DNA of 64,000 nucleotides from Lingula anatina (lineage: Eukaryota; Animalia; Brachiopoda): assembly GCA_051362555.1 (NCBI GenBank), contig CM120640.1:12028001-12092000 (forward strand), in the 5' to 3' direction. Of this stretch, positions 11,901 through 24,400 are shown piece after piece. A model generated the notes under the pieces. That model was not told the DNA's origin, did no database searches, and was given only the letters and a program-made list of their open reading frames with translations. Both the position numbers and the translations under genes were made by a program. The first letter of the stretch is position 1, and the number at the start of each line of letters is the position of its first letter.

Positions 11901-13155
11901 TGTCAAAAAATGAAAAGATTCTATCAAGTCCGATAGTGAAGTTCACAAAAGAAAAACAATTGAGGAAAGAAATAAAAATAACAAAGATTACGACAGAACC
12001 AAACGAAAGAGAACAAATTGGGACCCATGGAAAGGTGACTTCGATTTGCAATTAGTCGAGCGGCAACATTTTTTGTAAAACCATAACTCGAAAGTATCAC
12101 GCATTGCGACCGAGCGCAAGCATCTCGATCCAATTACTCGCCCATACTCGCCCCATATAATATATAGCTATTATCAATAAGCAATGCTTTCGAGATACGG
12201 GGCCCTGCAGGACTGTCTATGGGCCATTAGCGTGCAGGACCGTTCCCGACCGCTTTTTAAAGCTTAAAAAGCGATATTCAAAGGGACCCTACGTGCTGAA
12301 TTCTTTCTTCTTTATTGTCAGCACAGAGATCGATTTATTTGACAACAATATAATATATTTGGTCATGCATGTTGCTATACAGAAAAGCAAAAATTATGAT
12401 CAAATGATATCATGAAATCGGAATAAAAGTTATGAATAAATTATTGAAGAAGAAATGAGACAGCCTGCAAGGTGAACATAAACTGAATTGACTATCCCCG
12501 CCCTCCCCCGCCCACTAGAGGGCCCTGAAAATTTTTGGTATTTTAGATGGTGAATGATGCCATTTGCTATGGTTTAGAACTATGATTCAACTAGTGAAAG
12601 TCTTATTTCAAGAGGTTTTTTTTTTACAGAAATTAAAAGGGGGCGTCAGGACCCCCCTGACCCCCCTCTAAATCCAACACTGACAAGGTACCATTCAGTA
12701 GAAATTCCAATCAATTTCTAAATTTCCATGCATAAGGCATGATATTGCCCTTTCATTTCCAAATTACTCTCCCAAGAATGCATTCTAGACCCCCTCAGCA
12801 TACCTCTCTTAACTCTAGGGGTTATCATAACTAGGGCAGGTAACTACATGGCCGGGCTGGTAACTTTTCAGAGTTACCTGCCCGGCGGTCTGGCTAGTAA
12901 TTTCCTTGAATTTCATACACTGATATTAATTATTCAAATAATTTTCTAATGTGTATCCTTATAGACATTCTGAAGAAGTTTGTTCCAAAAGATGGCACAT
13001 GCCTTGAAATGTTTGCCAGAAATTTGCAACCAGGCTGGTATTCATGGGGAAATGAGGTGGGCACTTAGATTAATTATGTAAATGATTGCATTGACTGAAT
13101 GGACGTCTGCAGTTGATTGGGTTGCATTTTGCATTTGATATATATCAATGAACTT

Positions 13156-13186
<31 letters not shown>

Positions 13187-13424
13187 CTTTACATTTTTGT
13201 TGTTTTTCTGTATGATAAGTGGTCACATTTTATTTGAAGTAATCAAATGTTTACTTTACATTATCTTTTTAGAATTTGTAATGCAATTATATTAAATATA
13301 TTTTGTTTAAACTTGGTGTATGATCTTCAGTTCTTTGTTACAGGTGCTCAAGTTTCAGCACATCGATTTCTTCAAAGAGATTCAATGTAAACAAACTGCC
13401 TGTCCTGCCCATGATGCAGATTAA
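2981..13424 (+). CDS. METTL4: Methyltransferase-like protein 4 (MT-A70 family N6-adenine methyltransferase), ~870 aa
   Basis: Exons are 2981-3217 (or 3229), probable 4067-4141, 4802-6344, 6916-7065, 7606-7675, 7814-7994, 8273-8459, 12965-13056 and 13344-13424, all phase-consistent. The N-terminus MSIIVECTQGWVIDH resembles METTL4. The catalytic region reads YLVPPYCSFLMSD, FDLIVMDPPWENKS, VVWITN, EWYWLKVTRSG, HKKPFE, HSRKPPL, CLEMFARNLQPGWYSWGNEVLKFQ. Confidence 0.93.
4433..4645. repeat. Minisatellite, 34/38-bp unit, ~5.8 copies
   Basis: Unit gctggtattggaacag(ttag)tctgtttaatgcgtatat is repeated in tandem in a METTL4 intron. Confidence 0.95.
7221..7441. mobile_element. Degenerate fold-back MITE (possibly PIF/Harbinger-type)
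   Basis: Imperfect long inverted repeats: ttctcatagattagatcgacctac pairs with gatagatcgatctaaaaattgtgagaa, and gctaaatagctgtcag pairs with ctgacagtaatctag. It is bounded by taa / tta and is GC-richer than the surrounding intron. Confidence 0.55.
8783..11388 (+). mobile_element. Helentron-associated non-autonomous element (HINE/DINE-1/pearl-like), copy 1
   Basis: SubTIR attgtaccaccagc (8783-8796) / gctggtggtacaat (11341-11354). 5' hairpin 8786-8813, 9-bp GC-rich microsatellite 8842-8876, internal tandem array, 3' hairpin gaggcg-gtat-cgcctc (11360-11375), CTAG end. Inserted in a T-run with no TSD. A second full copy is at 32747-35397. Confidence 0.85.
9755..11172. repeat. Tandem array of 146-bp units (~9.7 copies) inside HINE copy 1
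   Basis: The anchor tccaaa recurs at 9761, 9907, 10053, 10199, 10345, 10491, 10637, 10783, 10929 and 11074. Confidence 0.97.
13157..13185. repeat. Compound (GT)n(GA)n microsatellite
   Basis: gtgtgt...gagaga run in the last METTL4 intron. Confidence 0.9.
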
Positions 13425-13820
13425 TACTACACCATTTTGTCACAGTCAGATATGTTTACTTGGTGCTAGTACAAATTACAATGCAATAGGTTTTAAGTCA
13501 TATAAAAAGCCATGCGTTGGGTTTTGTTTGTAAGTTGTGATGGCGTGCACTGTACTCAACACACTAAGGACACTTGCTTCTTCATTGTCATGCATTACAC
13601 TCGAGGCCTCGATGTTTGCAGATTACTCAGAGTTCTTTGGACATGTCCTATATCCTCTGTACTTGTTTACTGGCTGTCTGCAAACTCGAAATTTCACAAG
13701 AACTCGCGTGGCACATAAGATTCTGTGCAAAATTTTGCCATGTAAAAGCCCGTTCAGCCTGTTGTGACCAGGGCTTTTAGGCATCTCCAGACCTTAATCT
13801 GATCAATTGTTTTGTTCCAC

Positions 13821-13826
13821 AATAAA
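13821..13826 (+). terminator. Candidate METTL4 polyadenylation signal
   Basis: AATAAA about 400 nt after the METTL4 stop, followed by a T-rich tract at ~13853-13870. Confidence 0.5.
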
Positions 13827-16800
13827 TATTAAATATTTATTTTAAATCCAGGCTTTTTTTTTTTTTTTTTCGAAGGGGAGATGGTCTTCCAACAAAGCAC
13901 TTGATTGCTACCTTTTTATTTAGCTTTAGCATACTATTATCAGTCTATTTTTTATTTAATTATTCTGTTGTAAAATCTCAATGGTATTTGTATATAATAA
14001 CTAGTTACATTAATGAAATTAGTTTTTTGTTTAGTAAATGGATTGCACTTTTTATATACAACAGATAAAACATCAATAGGTCAACTGATACTAGTCATTT
14101 TACATATACAGGAAATTTAAATTGAAAAATTTCCTCAGACGTTAAGAAAATATTTTAATGCAAATTTTAAGTTTTTTTTAATGCATTTATTTTATATTCT
14201 TCTTCATCTGTCAACCATGCATACTGAGCTTAATAAAAAAGAAACTATGTTTTAGACAATTTTTTGCCTTTTTGATGTGTGTTGCCAATGCTAATTATCC
14301 GGTGACAGAAAATTGCATGTGTTACACTGGAGACCAAACCTGCATACCATATCGCGGCAATTATTAGATTCATTGATGTTACTTCACCCACTTAGGTCAG
14401 TTAAATTCCAGGTTAGCGTAACAGTAAAACTTAAAAAATTAAAATGGAAATTAAAGATTTTTCTCCTGCACAGGTTCAAACTGACCACAACGTATTATAT
14501 ACTTGTATCTACAGCCCTGGTCATTCACTTCTCCATTGTTGATCAGTGTCATTTCTCTCCTTTTCGTTTAATTCAGGTGTTCTGAACTGATTTCAGTGAT
14601 GTAAAACACCACTAAATTTAGCAGGAGGATTAACAAAGCAACAGCAAGGAATCAAGTTATTTTAGCCAAAAAAGCAAAGGAGAAGACAGTGAAGAATCAA
14701 ACGACAGTATGACACAATAAGTTTAATAGCGATATAAATGACAACATACACTCAGCTCTTCTGGTTATATTAGTAGCAGCATAGTATAAACGAAAACAAA
14801 GACTGAGGATGATTAACTACAGACTGATAGTTTGAGAGTAAATATAAAATAAATGAAGATAAAATGTGCAGCTGTGGTTACTACTGTCAGGTGCTAAGAT
14901 TTGAAAATTGAAAATCAAAGAGGATGTAGTTACAGACTCCTGCCACAAACAAACCTTGAAAACAAGAAAGAGGATTCCCCACCTTTTGGTCTTGTTATGA
15001 AAGGTTGCAGTCTCAATAATCAATAATGACCCCCCACCCCCCTTTTTTTTTTAGTTATTAACTTTTTCCATGGTAAGTTTTTGGCAGAAGTCCAACAACA
15101 GCAAGTTCAAGCAACACTCAGAATCCAGATAATACCCATCTAAATTTCACACTACTAATGTCTGAATATGAATAGATAGATAGTAGTACAGTATAGACAA
15201 TACTATATACAAAATCCTAGTCTAACCAGCCCCAAACTGCGATCAATTGTTATTTTGATCACTACAGGCCCGCACAGTGGTCAGTTTTCTCTCACATGTC
15301 CTAGAAAGTTGACAGCTTGAAAATTATAAAGGAAGTTTTACAAAGCCATAAGGAACAGAGAATTGAAAAGTTATTTGAGAAAACAGAGGAAGACAGCTGC
15401 TATACTCCACTTTCAACTCAAATTGACAAATCTCAAAAAAGCCAATTTCAATGTTTTTTATTACAAAAAAACTTCGCAAAATGATTATCTCTCTGGTCTT
15501 TGTTGGGATATCACATTTAATATGTATATATATATAACTTCAAATACTTGAGTGTCGCCTGTCTTAACAATTTAGCTCTGCATCTCAAAACTGAGCTCCT
15601 CAAAAAAAGGAGTAAAACAGCTTTGATAATTTCTCAATAAATAAAACATTGAGAAAAATGTTGATAAAAAAAGCTACAAAAACTTTTGTGTGTGAAATTG
15701 TTCCCTTGTTTTTGAGGCACATGTGGGCCCTCTTGCTGTCTTTTGCTACACCTCATCTCCCTAACAGATACACAATTCCAGTATCCAATCTAAAGATGGG
15801 TAACATTATGTCTAGCAATGGACCAATGGGAAACGAGCTACCACACCCCCTTCAAATATGAGTATCTTCCAATAAATACCTTGCATTCCAGTCTTTGGTG
15901 TAATACCAGTAATCACAAATAGGGGGTTTAAGTAATTGCATCGCTAAACTTCTAAGTTTTTTCCCCTGAAATATGATTGTACTCAAAACAGAATCACATG
16001 TCAACACATACACTTTTGGTGTAAAACTAAGAATGTGAAAGAAAAATGGACTTGACTTTTCCTTGGGCCTGGAGGGCAATCACAAAATAGGGCATTTTTA
16101 GAGAACTTTTATAGGATTACATTAACATGAGATAATTATAATATCAGCTAGGGCCAGTAAGAAAATGCTGCTGAAAAATTGTTCATCACTTCAAGTATTC
16201 TTATATACAAAATTGAGAAAATGCAACCTTAGGAAGGTGTGTAGGATTTTTCAGAGATCATGAAACCAAAAACATTACAATCCAACCAGGCAAAAAAACA
16301 TTAAACAAGGGAAAATGTGATCCCTTTTTCAAAATGTTAAAAGGCCTATTTGGATTTTGAATAAAAATTCTAAAATCAAATTGTACTAAAATAGCCTCCC
16401 AAACAATTTAAATGCAGAAGTTTCAAGCATGCTTTTATGTTAATATGACCATTAGAGGTCAGATGGGGTCATGACCTCTGCAAATCTGACACCTACACAA
16501 CTAAACGCTTAAGTGCTCTACACTGAAAAAGTCATCAGCTATTGTACATATCGTCTGTGTCCTCTAAAATTCCACTGTAGGCCGAAATTTGGTGGAAAGA
16601 GGGCAGTCTACCATGTGCTGTTCTGCTAACAAGGTCACTTAATTTGTGATGATTCATTGGAAATTTACTTCAAACATGGTCAAACAAAAGCCAAAATGGT
16701 CCTTCAACAGAATTCTCAAGAAGTTCCAATAATAACTGAAAGTAATCTTTAAGGAATGACTGTTGATGGTTTGAGAATTTGGAACACATGCCAACTCTAT

Positions 16801-18446
16801 CATAACCAGCACTAGTGGACTGCAGACAGTCGAAAAGTACATCACTGATCAAGGCACCCCCAACCCTGGTAAAGCTTTGTGCTGAATAAACATATTGGAA
16901 CCATTAAATGAGAAAAAAAAATCTACAAGATACATTAATATCAAGAAAAATACATATTATTTACAGCGCCTCTGCTGGAAATGGGTCAGGATTCGCTCCT
17001 TCCTGAGACATTAGAGTTCAAAGTTCAAAACTTGTGCAGAGAGTCAGAAATAACCTCTTGGGTTCACTAATATTACAACAGATCACCCTCCATCTAGATA
17101 TAGGTTTATATAATATAAAAGTAGCTAGAGCCAAACGCTACAAAAATTGGAATGCCATAGAAACGAGTAATTCAATGATACTTGTCTCAGAACCTTGAAA
17201 GAATTACACCGGGAATCAGGATTGGCTGATGCAGACCCCAAAGGACTTGAATCTAACCACCGAGATATCAGCTTTGATTGTCTGAAGCCAATCAACCTTG
17301 TGCTGTCCATTTGGTTCAAGGCGCAAGGAAGGGGGTATCATCAATGGTCAATCTTAATTCCAACATTAAACGTAAAGCATCTGAATCTGTAGTCTGCCTT
17401 TTGTTGTCATACCCAGTCTCCCACTTCCCTAGAGAACCGTCTGCAAGACAAACATCCCCACATACCCATGTGGTATACACGACTGAGCTTGGTTGACCTT
17501 TAGCTAGACTTTTACACCAATCTGGTTACTAATAAAACACTTGAGTTAGGTTACCTTACCAAATAACAGTTACTTCAAATGCAAAAATATATGATACATA
17601 TACCCTCCCTGCTGCTGAAACTCTGACCTCCCAACCTGCCCCAGTATACATCATAATAATAGTATTGTAATAACAAGAATTAAACACCCAAAAATGCAAA
17701 AATAGGAATTATAAAAGGCTACATATACCTTGTATCTATATACTACTTGCACAAATTCTTTTGGTACTATTTTACCATAGGATTAACTAGATTATAAAAA
17801 GCTAGGAAAATAATTTCTCACCTGATAATATTACAAAGTACTTCATCATAGAGGCTCAACTTGCCACAGCTATATATGCAGTAACAGCCTTCCCCACCCC
17901 ATCTCAAAAACAATACCTTAGCCACTGTTATAATTTGATATCTTAGTACACAAAATAATCTATTGCCAAATATATTTCTTTAAGTGTAAAAAGATAACCT
18001 TGATGAGCCTGTCCTGTCCCATCTCAGTTGGGTCTCAGAGAGACCATCCAGTTTTGGGAGAACACCCATATTTCCCATCTGATTAAATCCAATGTAAGTT
18101 ACAGTGCTCTGAGAACAGCTTAACCTTGTGTAAATGCAAACAATCACAGCTATACATTACAATACAATACAATACAGATTGCACTTCAAAGAAAATAGCT
18201 GTGAAAAGTTGAGGCTGTTATAAGTTCTGCATCCAATTAAATAAGTCTTGGTTTTTTTCTTTTCTCAAGACAAATATAAGATGCATCCTGGTAGAGAGCC
18301 TACTCTCTGTAGGCATTGTTTATTTTGTATACAATATCATATACTTCTCTTTAATATATATATATATATATAAATTTAAACTGAAGTCCCTTAAAGAATT
18401 TGTTCCCTTGGTTCCACTGCTATAATGCGAGAGTACTTCCCAGAGA

Positions 18447-21400
18447 TCAAATGGTTGACTTGGAGAAGGAGACTCGTAGGTGACTAGAGTCACTCAGCTG
18501 GTAGTTGTGCATGCCCTGAAATTAATTACACACAGGTAAATTATACACTATTCATGTGCCAATATCAACTTTCATTTATCATATTAGTAGAACCTTATTT
18601 TCAAACACTAGGAATTTTTACATAAGAAAACTCACCATCAACCCTAAGACTGCCTCCTCAACTTGGGACATTTCAATCAAAGCCATCTTTCTGTCTTTGC
18701 TGAAATTTACCAGAAAATTGGACTTACATTTCACAATGTAATATGATACTCATGTCGGTCAGTTAAAAACTCCAAATCACAATGTTAAATCTCAAAATTT
18801 AAACAAATGCTGTTGCCAATTTTATAAATTACAACAAAATAAAAACACTGATTTTCATACATACGGGAAAAATTTAAAATTTTTCACTACGCCATGTTTC
18901 CCAAAAGCTTCTTTCAGCTCTTCTTCTGTGGCAGTGGGTCTGGAATTTTAAAAAATTACCAAAGGCACTGTAAAATGTGGAACCATCTCTGTAGTACAGA
19001 GCAGAAATGTGCACCTTCCAGGCTTGTATGATATTGTTGTGCCCATAATTACACTACACATCATCATAAGTCCATTTTTGACAAGACATTTTAAATTACC
19101 AATGCATTTGCATAAGAGTATGTTCCCTCAGATAAATCATGGGTAAGATCAAGTAACAAATGGCAAAAAGTACCTTTTTATCAATGAGTTGGTGAGCTAC
19201 TTACGGAATGTTGGACAGATGGAGAGTGGCAGAGGGAGGATAGATATTCTGGTAATTCTTGGATCCTTTCTTCTTGAATCTGTGCAATGGAGAGTTTGTG
19301 TAATCTTTTGTCAGTTGACCACCATCCTGAAAAACAGTTACCTCACTGAAATATTCTTTCCCTCTGTAAGAGAGCATGTATTATAATAATGCAAATTGTG
19401 CTCAGATAACTTGTGACTGTACAAGTGTGACATTTGTATGATCAAACAAAGTTGCCATTCCTAATAATGAGAAAAATTTATAATTCAAATCTACTTGAAT
19501 TAATATAGCAATCTTGTTGTACTAGGGTAACTTATATCACTGGGTGCAAAAAGTTCAGAACAGATAACTTCTGCAATGTTAAGTTAAAAGTAATGTCACA
19601 TTGACAAGACAACAACTCACTGTTTGTCCATCTTTAGGCATCTGCACAACTGGATGTTTGGATGGAGCCACCCGGATCTGCTTGTCCCAAACCTTCACCT
19701 TGTCCAAGTATTGAATTGCTGAAATGAACAATAGCTCATCCTGCATCAAAAATTCAACATGACACCTCACTTCTTAATGAACAAAATATCTTTCTTTTTG
19801 TTTTCTTTTATTTGAAATGCATAGCATAGTGTCAGGAACTATTAATAACTAAACTTCGATAAGAATTTGTTATAAATGACCTCATTCAGGGCTTTGAGGC
19901 TCAAATTTAAAATTTGCAAGACTATCTTACCTAAGGCTGCCTGTTTTGGTTCAGCGAACTGAATGAGTGCATTGTCTTTCTTGTTGAATAGGATCTTCAC
20001 ACGGTGTACATCACCGTATACCCCTAAACAGAAGCAATGAGAATGGACTGTCAACTTCTTGTAAGAGGCCATAAGTTCAATCACACTTGTTATAACAACA
20101 CAATTAACTAAAGTCAAGCAGCTATGAGGCATCAAAACCTGATATGTCTGATTTTGAAAGAGTTTGTCAAATGTATAAAAAATCAACTGGACACTTTTTT
20201 TTTTTTTTTTTTTACATCACCACCAAAATTTCCAAGTGTAGGTTTACATTTCAAACATAATGATTCCATTGTGGAACAACAGGAGGAGCTTTATCATCTT
20301 AGTTGTTTTTTTGTAATCTAAAATCCCTCAGGTAATCAAAAAGTAAAAATCAGGTGTAGGGAAATTCCAACTGCTTTACTTTAATTGCAACGTGTTCTAA
20401 ACTACACACAAATTAAACATACTGCTAATAATGCTGACAACAGTTACAACAACTCAAAGACTTCCACGCTCTTGACATAAAATGAAACATTATCAAATGA
20501 ATGTGTGTAGGTTTCAGACTTTCAAAGCCCAAGTTACAAAAGTGAAAACCAAATGTTATTTCTACAGAGACATTTGTACTTGAAAAGCTCTATGAATCTT
20601 GGTGAAAAGATTAAAAGCTTAAAAGATCAAGAGTGAACTCATGCAATATGTATAACTGCCTACTTGTGAACTTCTCCAATTTCTACTCTAGTCAAAGCTT
20701 TAAGAATAAAAAATATCATGCGGACTTAAAAATTAATGATTGATAATAATTGTATACAATACCAAACAATGCACGCACACGCGCACACACACACCTAACT
20801 GTTTACATTCAAAATAAAATAATAATTCTACATCTACAAACAAGAAAAAATTGAAAAATAAACAAGTGCTTACACACATACCAAATAGGGTAAACAGAGC
20901 ATCTGGCGTAACCATCTATAGTTGAAGTATCAGAACGGAATTTGTTTAGCAGAGCGAAGAGGAAGATCAGTTCCGAGCAACGTAGAGAGAGTCCACAATT
21001 GGAAACACCAGCAGCAGTAGATGATAATGGGATGGGGAAAAAGAAAACAGGAATATATGTATATATTCATAAATATATATGTGTGTATCAATCACGAAAC
21101 TAATTATCTGGAAATGTGATGATGATCAATTAGGCAAATTGAAAATTGATGAAAAGATTTGGATTTTTTGTTCAATTCACCTGAAGCTCTGGCTTTGTTG
21201 CTCCAGCCAATGCCTTTGAGCAATGCAGTGAAAACTACTAATTAGCTTCAGTGTGGATGTTTATTAGTTATATTAATAATATAATCACTGACGAAAGATA
21301 ATTATAATCAGATTCATAAAAAATCACCATGCAAAAGAGAAAAAACATAAGAACATGCAGACATCATCAATAAATTTCAAAGAACGTGATGAGTACTTTA

Positions 21401-24400
21401 AAATCAATGAAAGCCCCTCTTGATTGGTAGATTATTAATCACAAATAAAATAAAGCAAGCATGCTTAGAGTGTAATAAATAACATGAGATCTTGCAAACA
21501 TGCCCCCACTCAAACCAATTTAACTAAAACACCAAAATACACATTAATAATAAAACTGTAATATAAAAGCAATAAAGATCTTCTTCAAGGAAACAACAAA
21601 ATCCTAAAACAGGAAGAAAAAGGAAATGTATTTAGATAAGAAATTATGTCAGACAGAACTGACTAACACCAACCCAACAGTCCATGACAACATTTCTAAT
21701 TTCAAAAAGTGCCAACAAAACCAAAAGAAACTTCAAGGTGGTTACATGCACAACAATATGACGCATCTCTATCTCTTCTCCCCAGGAGGAAAAAAGATCG
21801 TCACAATCTAAGCCTTCTGGTATAATTGTGGAAAGCAGAGTGATTAGGTACCAGTAATTTAGCAGTTGAGGTAGTTTAAAAATCTCAGTATTTCAAATGG
21901 CAACCTAACCACTTTGCACAATCAATTTCGGCTTCCACACAACATGGGTTTGCTACATCATGCAATTATGAGATGCTCCCCTCCAGACCAAAAAAAAAGG
22001 CTTTGTCTATTTTACTTTTATCCACCCAAACTATGCACAAATAAAACCTTTTTCAACACATCTTTTGAAATGACCACTATTATAAAATTGTTATCAAGGA
22101 GTCTTTATCTCAAAGCAAGAAATAATCCCCAGCCAATAAAAACATTCATGTGGAAGCCATCGCTCCAGTGACTATTTGCAGTATGGTGCTCTAAGGGATT
22201 AAGAAATCGTGCTTCTAACTTATGCTATTGCCGCACTAGCTCAAAAGTAACGACAAAAGGCAGGCATTGCTGCTTCAGTGAATATCACCAATCAATTTTG
22301 ACAGCTTGTATAAGGTTTCACAATGGGCAAAGGAAACCAAACACAAAAACTGATTTGGGGGAGATGAGAAGCTCATCCCATCCTTAGGGTAAATTTGATT
22401 AAGACTTTGAATTTGCTTTAACTTGAGGAGAGCAAAGGGGAGAAAACCCAATCAAGATACAGAGATTGAGCCAAGAGAAAAACATATAGTTTAAGTGAGA
22501 CCAGTTAAGTTAAAGTCATAAGGCAGATGACAGAATACACCATACACTGTACTGAGGAATCTCAACCAATGTCATTAAAGTGAAAAATATCCAGTCTAGT
22601 AGAGTTGCCTACATTTAAACATTCAATAATGTATAAAATGAGTCATGCACAACATTGCTTCATCAAAAACCATTACTGTGGAATAATACTGAAGAGGCAA
22701 ATAAATCTGTAACATGTAAACCACGTGGAAACTACAAAATTTAGCGCATTTTCCTTTTTATTCTGTATATAACTATCATTACAAGAATTGTACTGAAAAC
22801 ATAAACTTTTTCGTGGCAATTTATTGTCCTTTATGTTCACCAAAAGGTTTTATTTTAAACCAATTACTTTAACTTTTTATTTGTTTAGGTTCCATCTGTT
22901 TTAATTTGGTTATGCTGTGCAATAAAAAGGATAATCATAAATACTACAATCTTTCAACTCTGGACACATTAATACAGCATGCAAATTTGGGCCAATCATA
23001 TGTCAAGGACATTTTTAAATATGTGAGTATGTACACAGCGACATGCATTATCTTAATAGGTGAAAAGCAGTTTTGATGTGGATTGGCAAATCACTTTACC
23101 AAGCAGATCACAAATTCAAATATTGATGGTTTCACATGTTGCATATCTCCAATCCATACCATCAAAAGCTGGTGGTAGAACATGCAGCTTCTGTGCCTCT
23201 TATTCTTCTTTCCTGATCTTTGAAAATAATAATTAACAAAAGCCATAGTGGCATGGGCTATGAAACCCAAAAGCCATTTCATGATGAATTATCACTCAAT
23301 ATATCAGAGATAGCAGCATAACCAGTACATAAATAAGAACACAATAAGTGCATGCTTGTTGTACTGACCTCCTCACTCAGATTGGATACCAGGACCACAG
23401 GTCCCGTGGTCATCCCGCCCAACTGTAAGCCTGCCAGACCCATACTTGTTGCTCCAGGAGATGGCTGCATACCAGGGAACCCCGCCAGAGGTGACCCACC
23501 ACCAGCTCCACCAGCTGCAAGAAAATGCCAGTTTGCATATGTAAAACACAACCCTTACACTACATGACTAGACTGTAGAGGGCAGCACAGATGTAACCTC
23601 CACTCCTCGAAGTGGCATCGGTATATCAATCTACTTATGCTATTCTTTTTCAACCACAAATGATGGCTTCAGTTTCTAACTTTCTTTTATTTAGTTCCAA
23701 CTGAAAACACTGCTTAACAGAAATAACTCAAATATGAGTATGTATGTAATTATCTATCAAAACACATGATGCCTATGCTATTTTCCAAGTGCAACCCCAT
23801 GCCCCATATTGTGCAGATATGTATCAACATCACATGGGCCAGATATTCACTCAGTAAAGTAACAAAACAGACTCAATTCTGAAATAGGTACAACAGCATA
23901 GTCCTGTTTCACACACACATAAAAAACTTTAGTCAGTGGACTAAAATTTGCTGATAAAAACATGAAGTCTACTACATGCTTTCTGTCTCAGACAGTTTCA
24001 CCACCGATTAGCTAATTAAAACGCAGCAGCCCTACAAAGCCACTATTGTGAGCATGATTCAGTGTCTAGTCTATTATATTTTGCTTTCAAGATTGAGAGT
24101 ACAACTTAAAAAATGTGATAAAACACAGAAGTGATTTTTTTTTTTGTAAAACAACCTGGACAGATATTGTTCCACTGACCAAAGATTCTTTGTGAAGTTC
24201 AGCTTGGGTTTCTACATCCTCTCATCCCTCTTGGTCTGTTCTTACTAGTGTTCTTTTTCATCTTACATTTAAAGCTGACAAACACACACAGGCAGGGTTA
24301 AGGGTAATGAACACTTACCTGGCAATCCCCTCATTTGTGCTGCTACAGTACGGACAAAAAAAAAAAAAAAAAAAAAAAAGAAATAGCACAAATAAGCATG

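Larger units (their letters stand above)
8661..12922. mobile_element. Non-autonomous TIR DNA transposon (hAT- or P-like), interrupted by a Helentron-type element
   Basis: Perfect 13-bp TIRs CAGTGTATGAAAT (8661-8673) / ATTTCATACACTG (12910-12922). A 7-bp direct repeat atattaa flanks both sides. GC-rich subterminal repeats (gggcaggtaa, ggctggtaac) occur at both ends. No transposase ORF. Confidence 0.82.

Noticed and set aside
12495-12682. GC-rich segment ending ...ccccctctaaatccaacactg, resembling the end of another MITE inside the TIR transposon
   Set aside because: Only one end is recognisable. No partner TIR or TSD was found.
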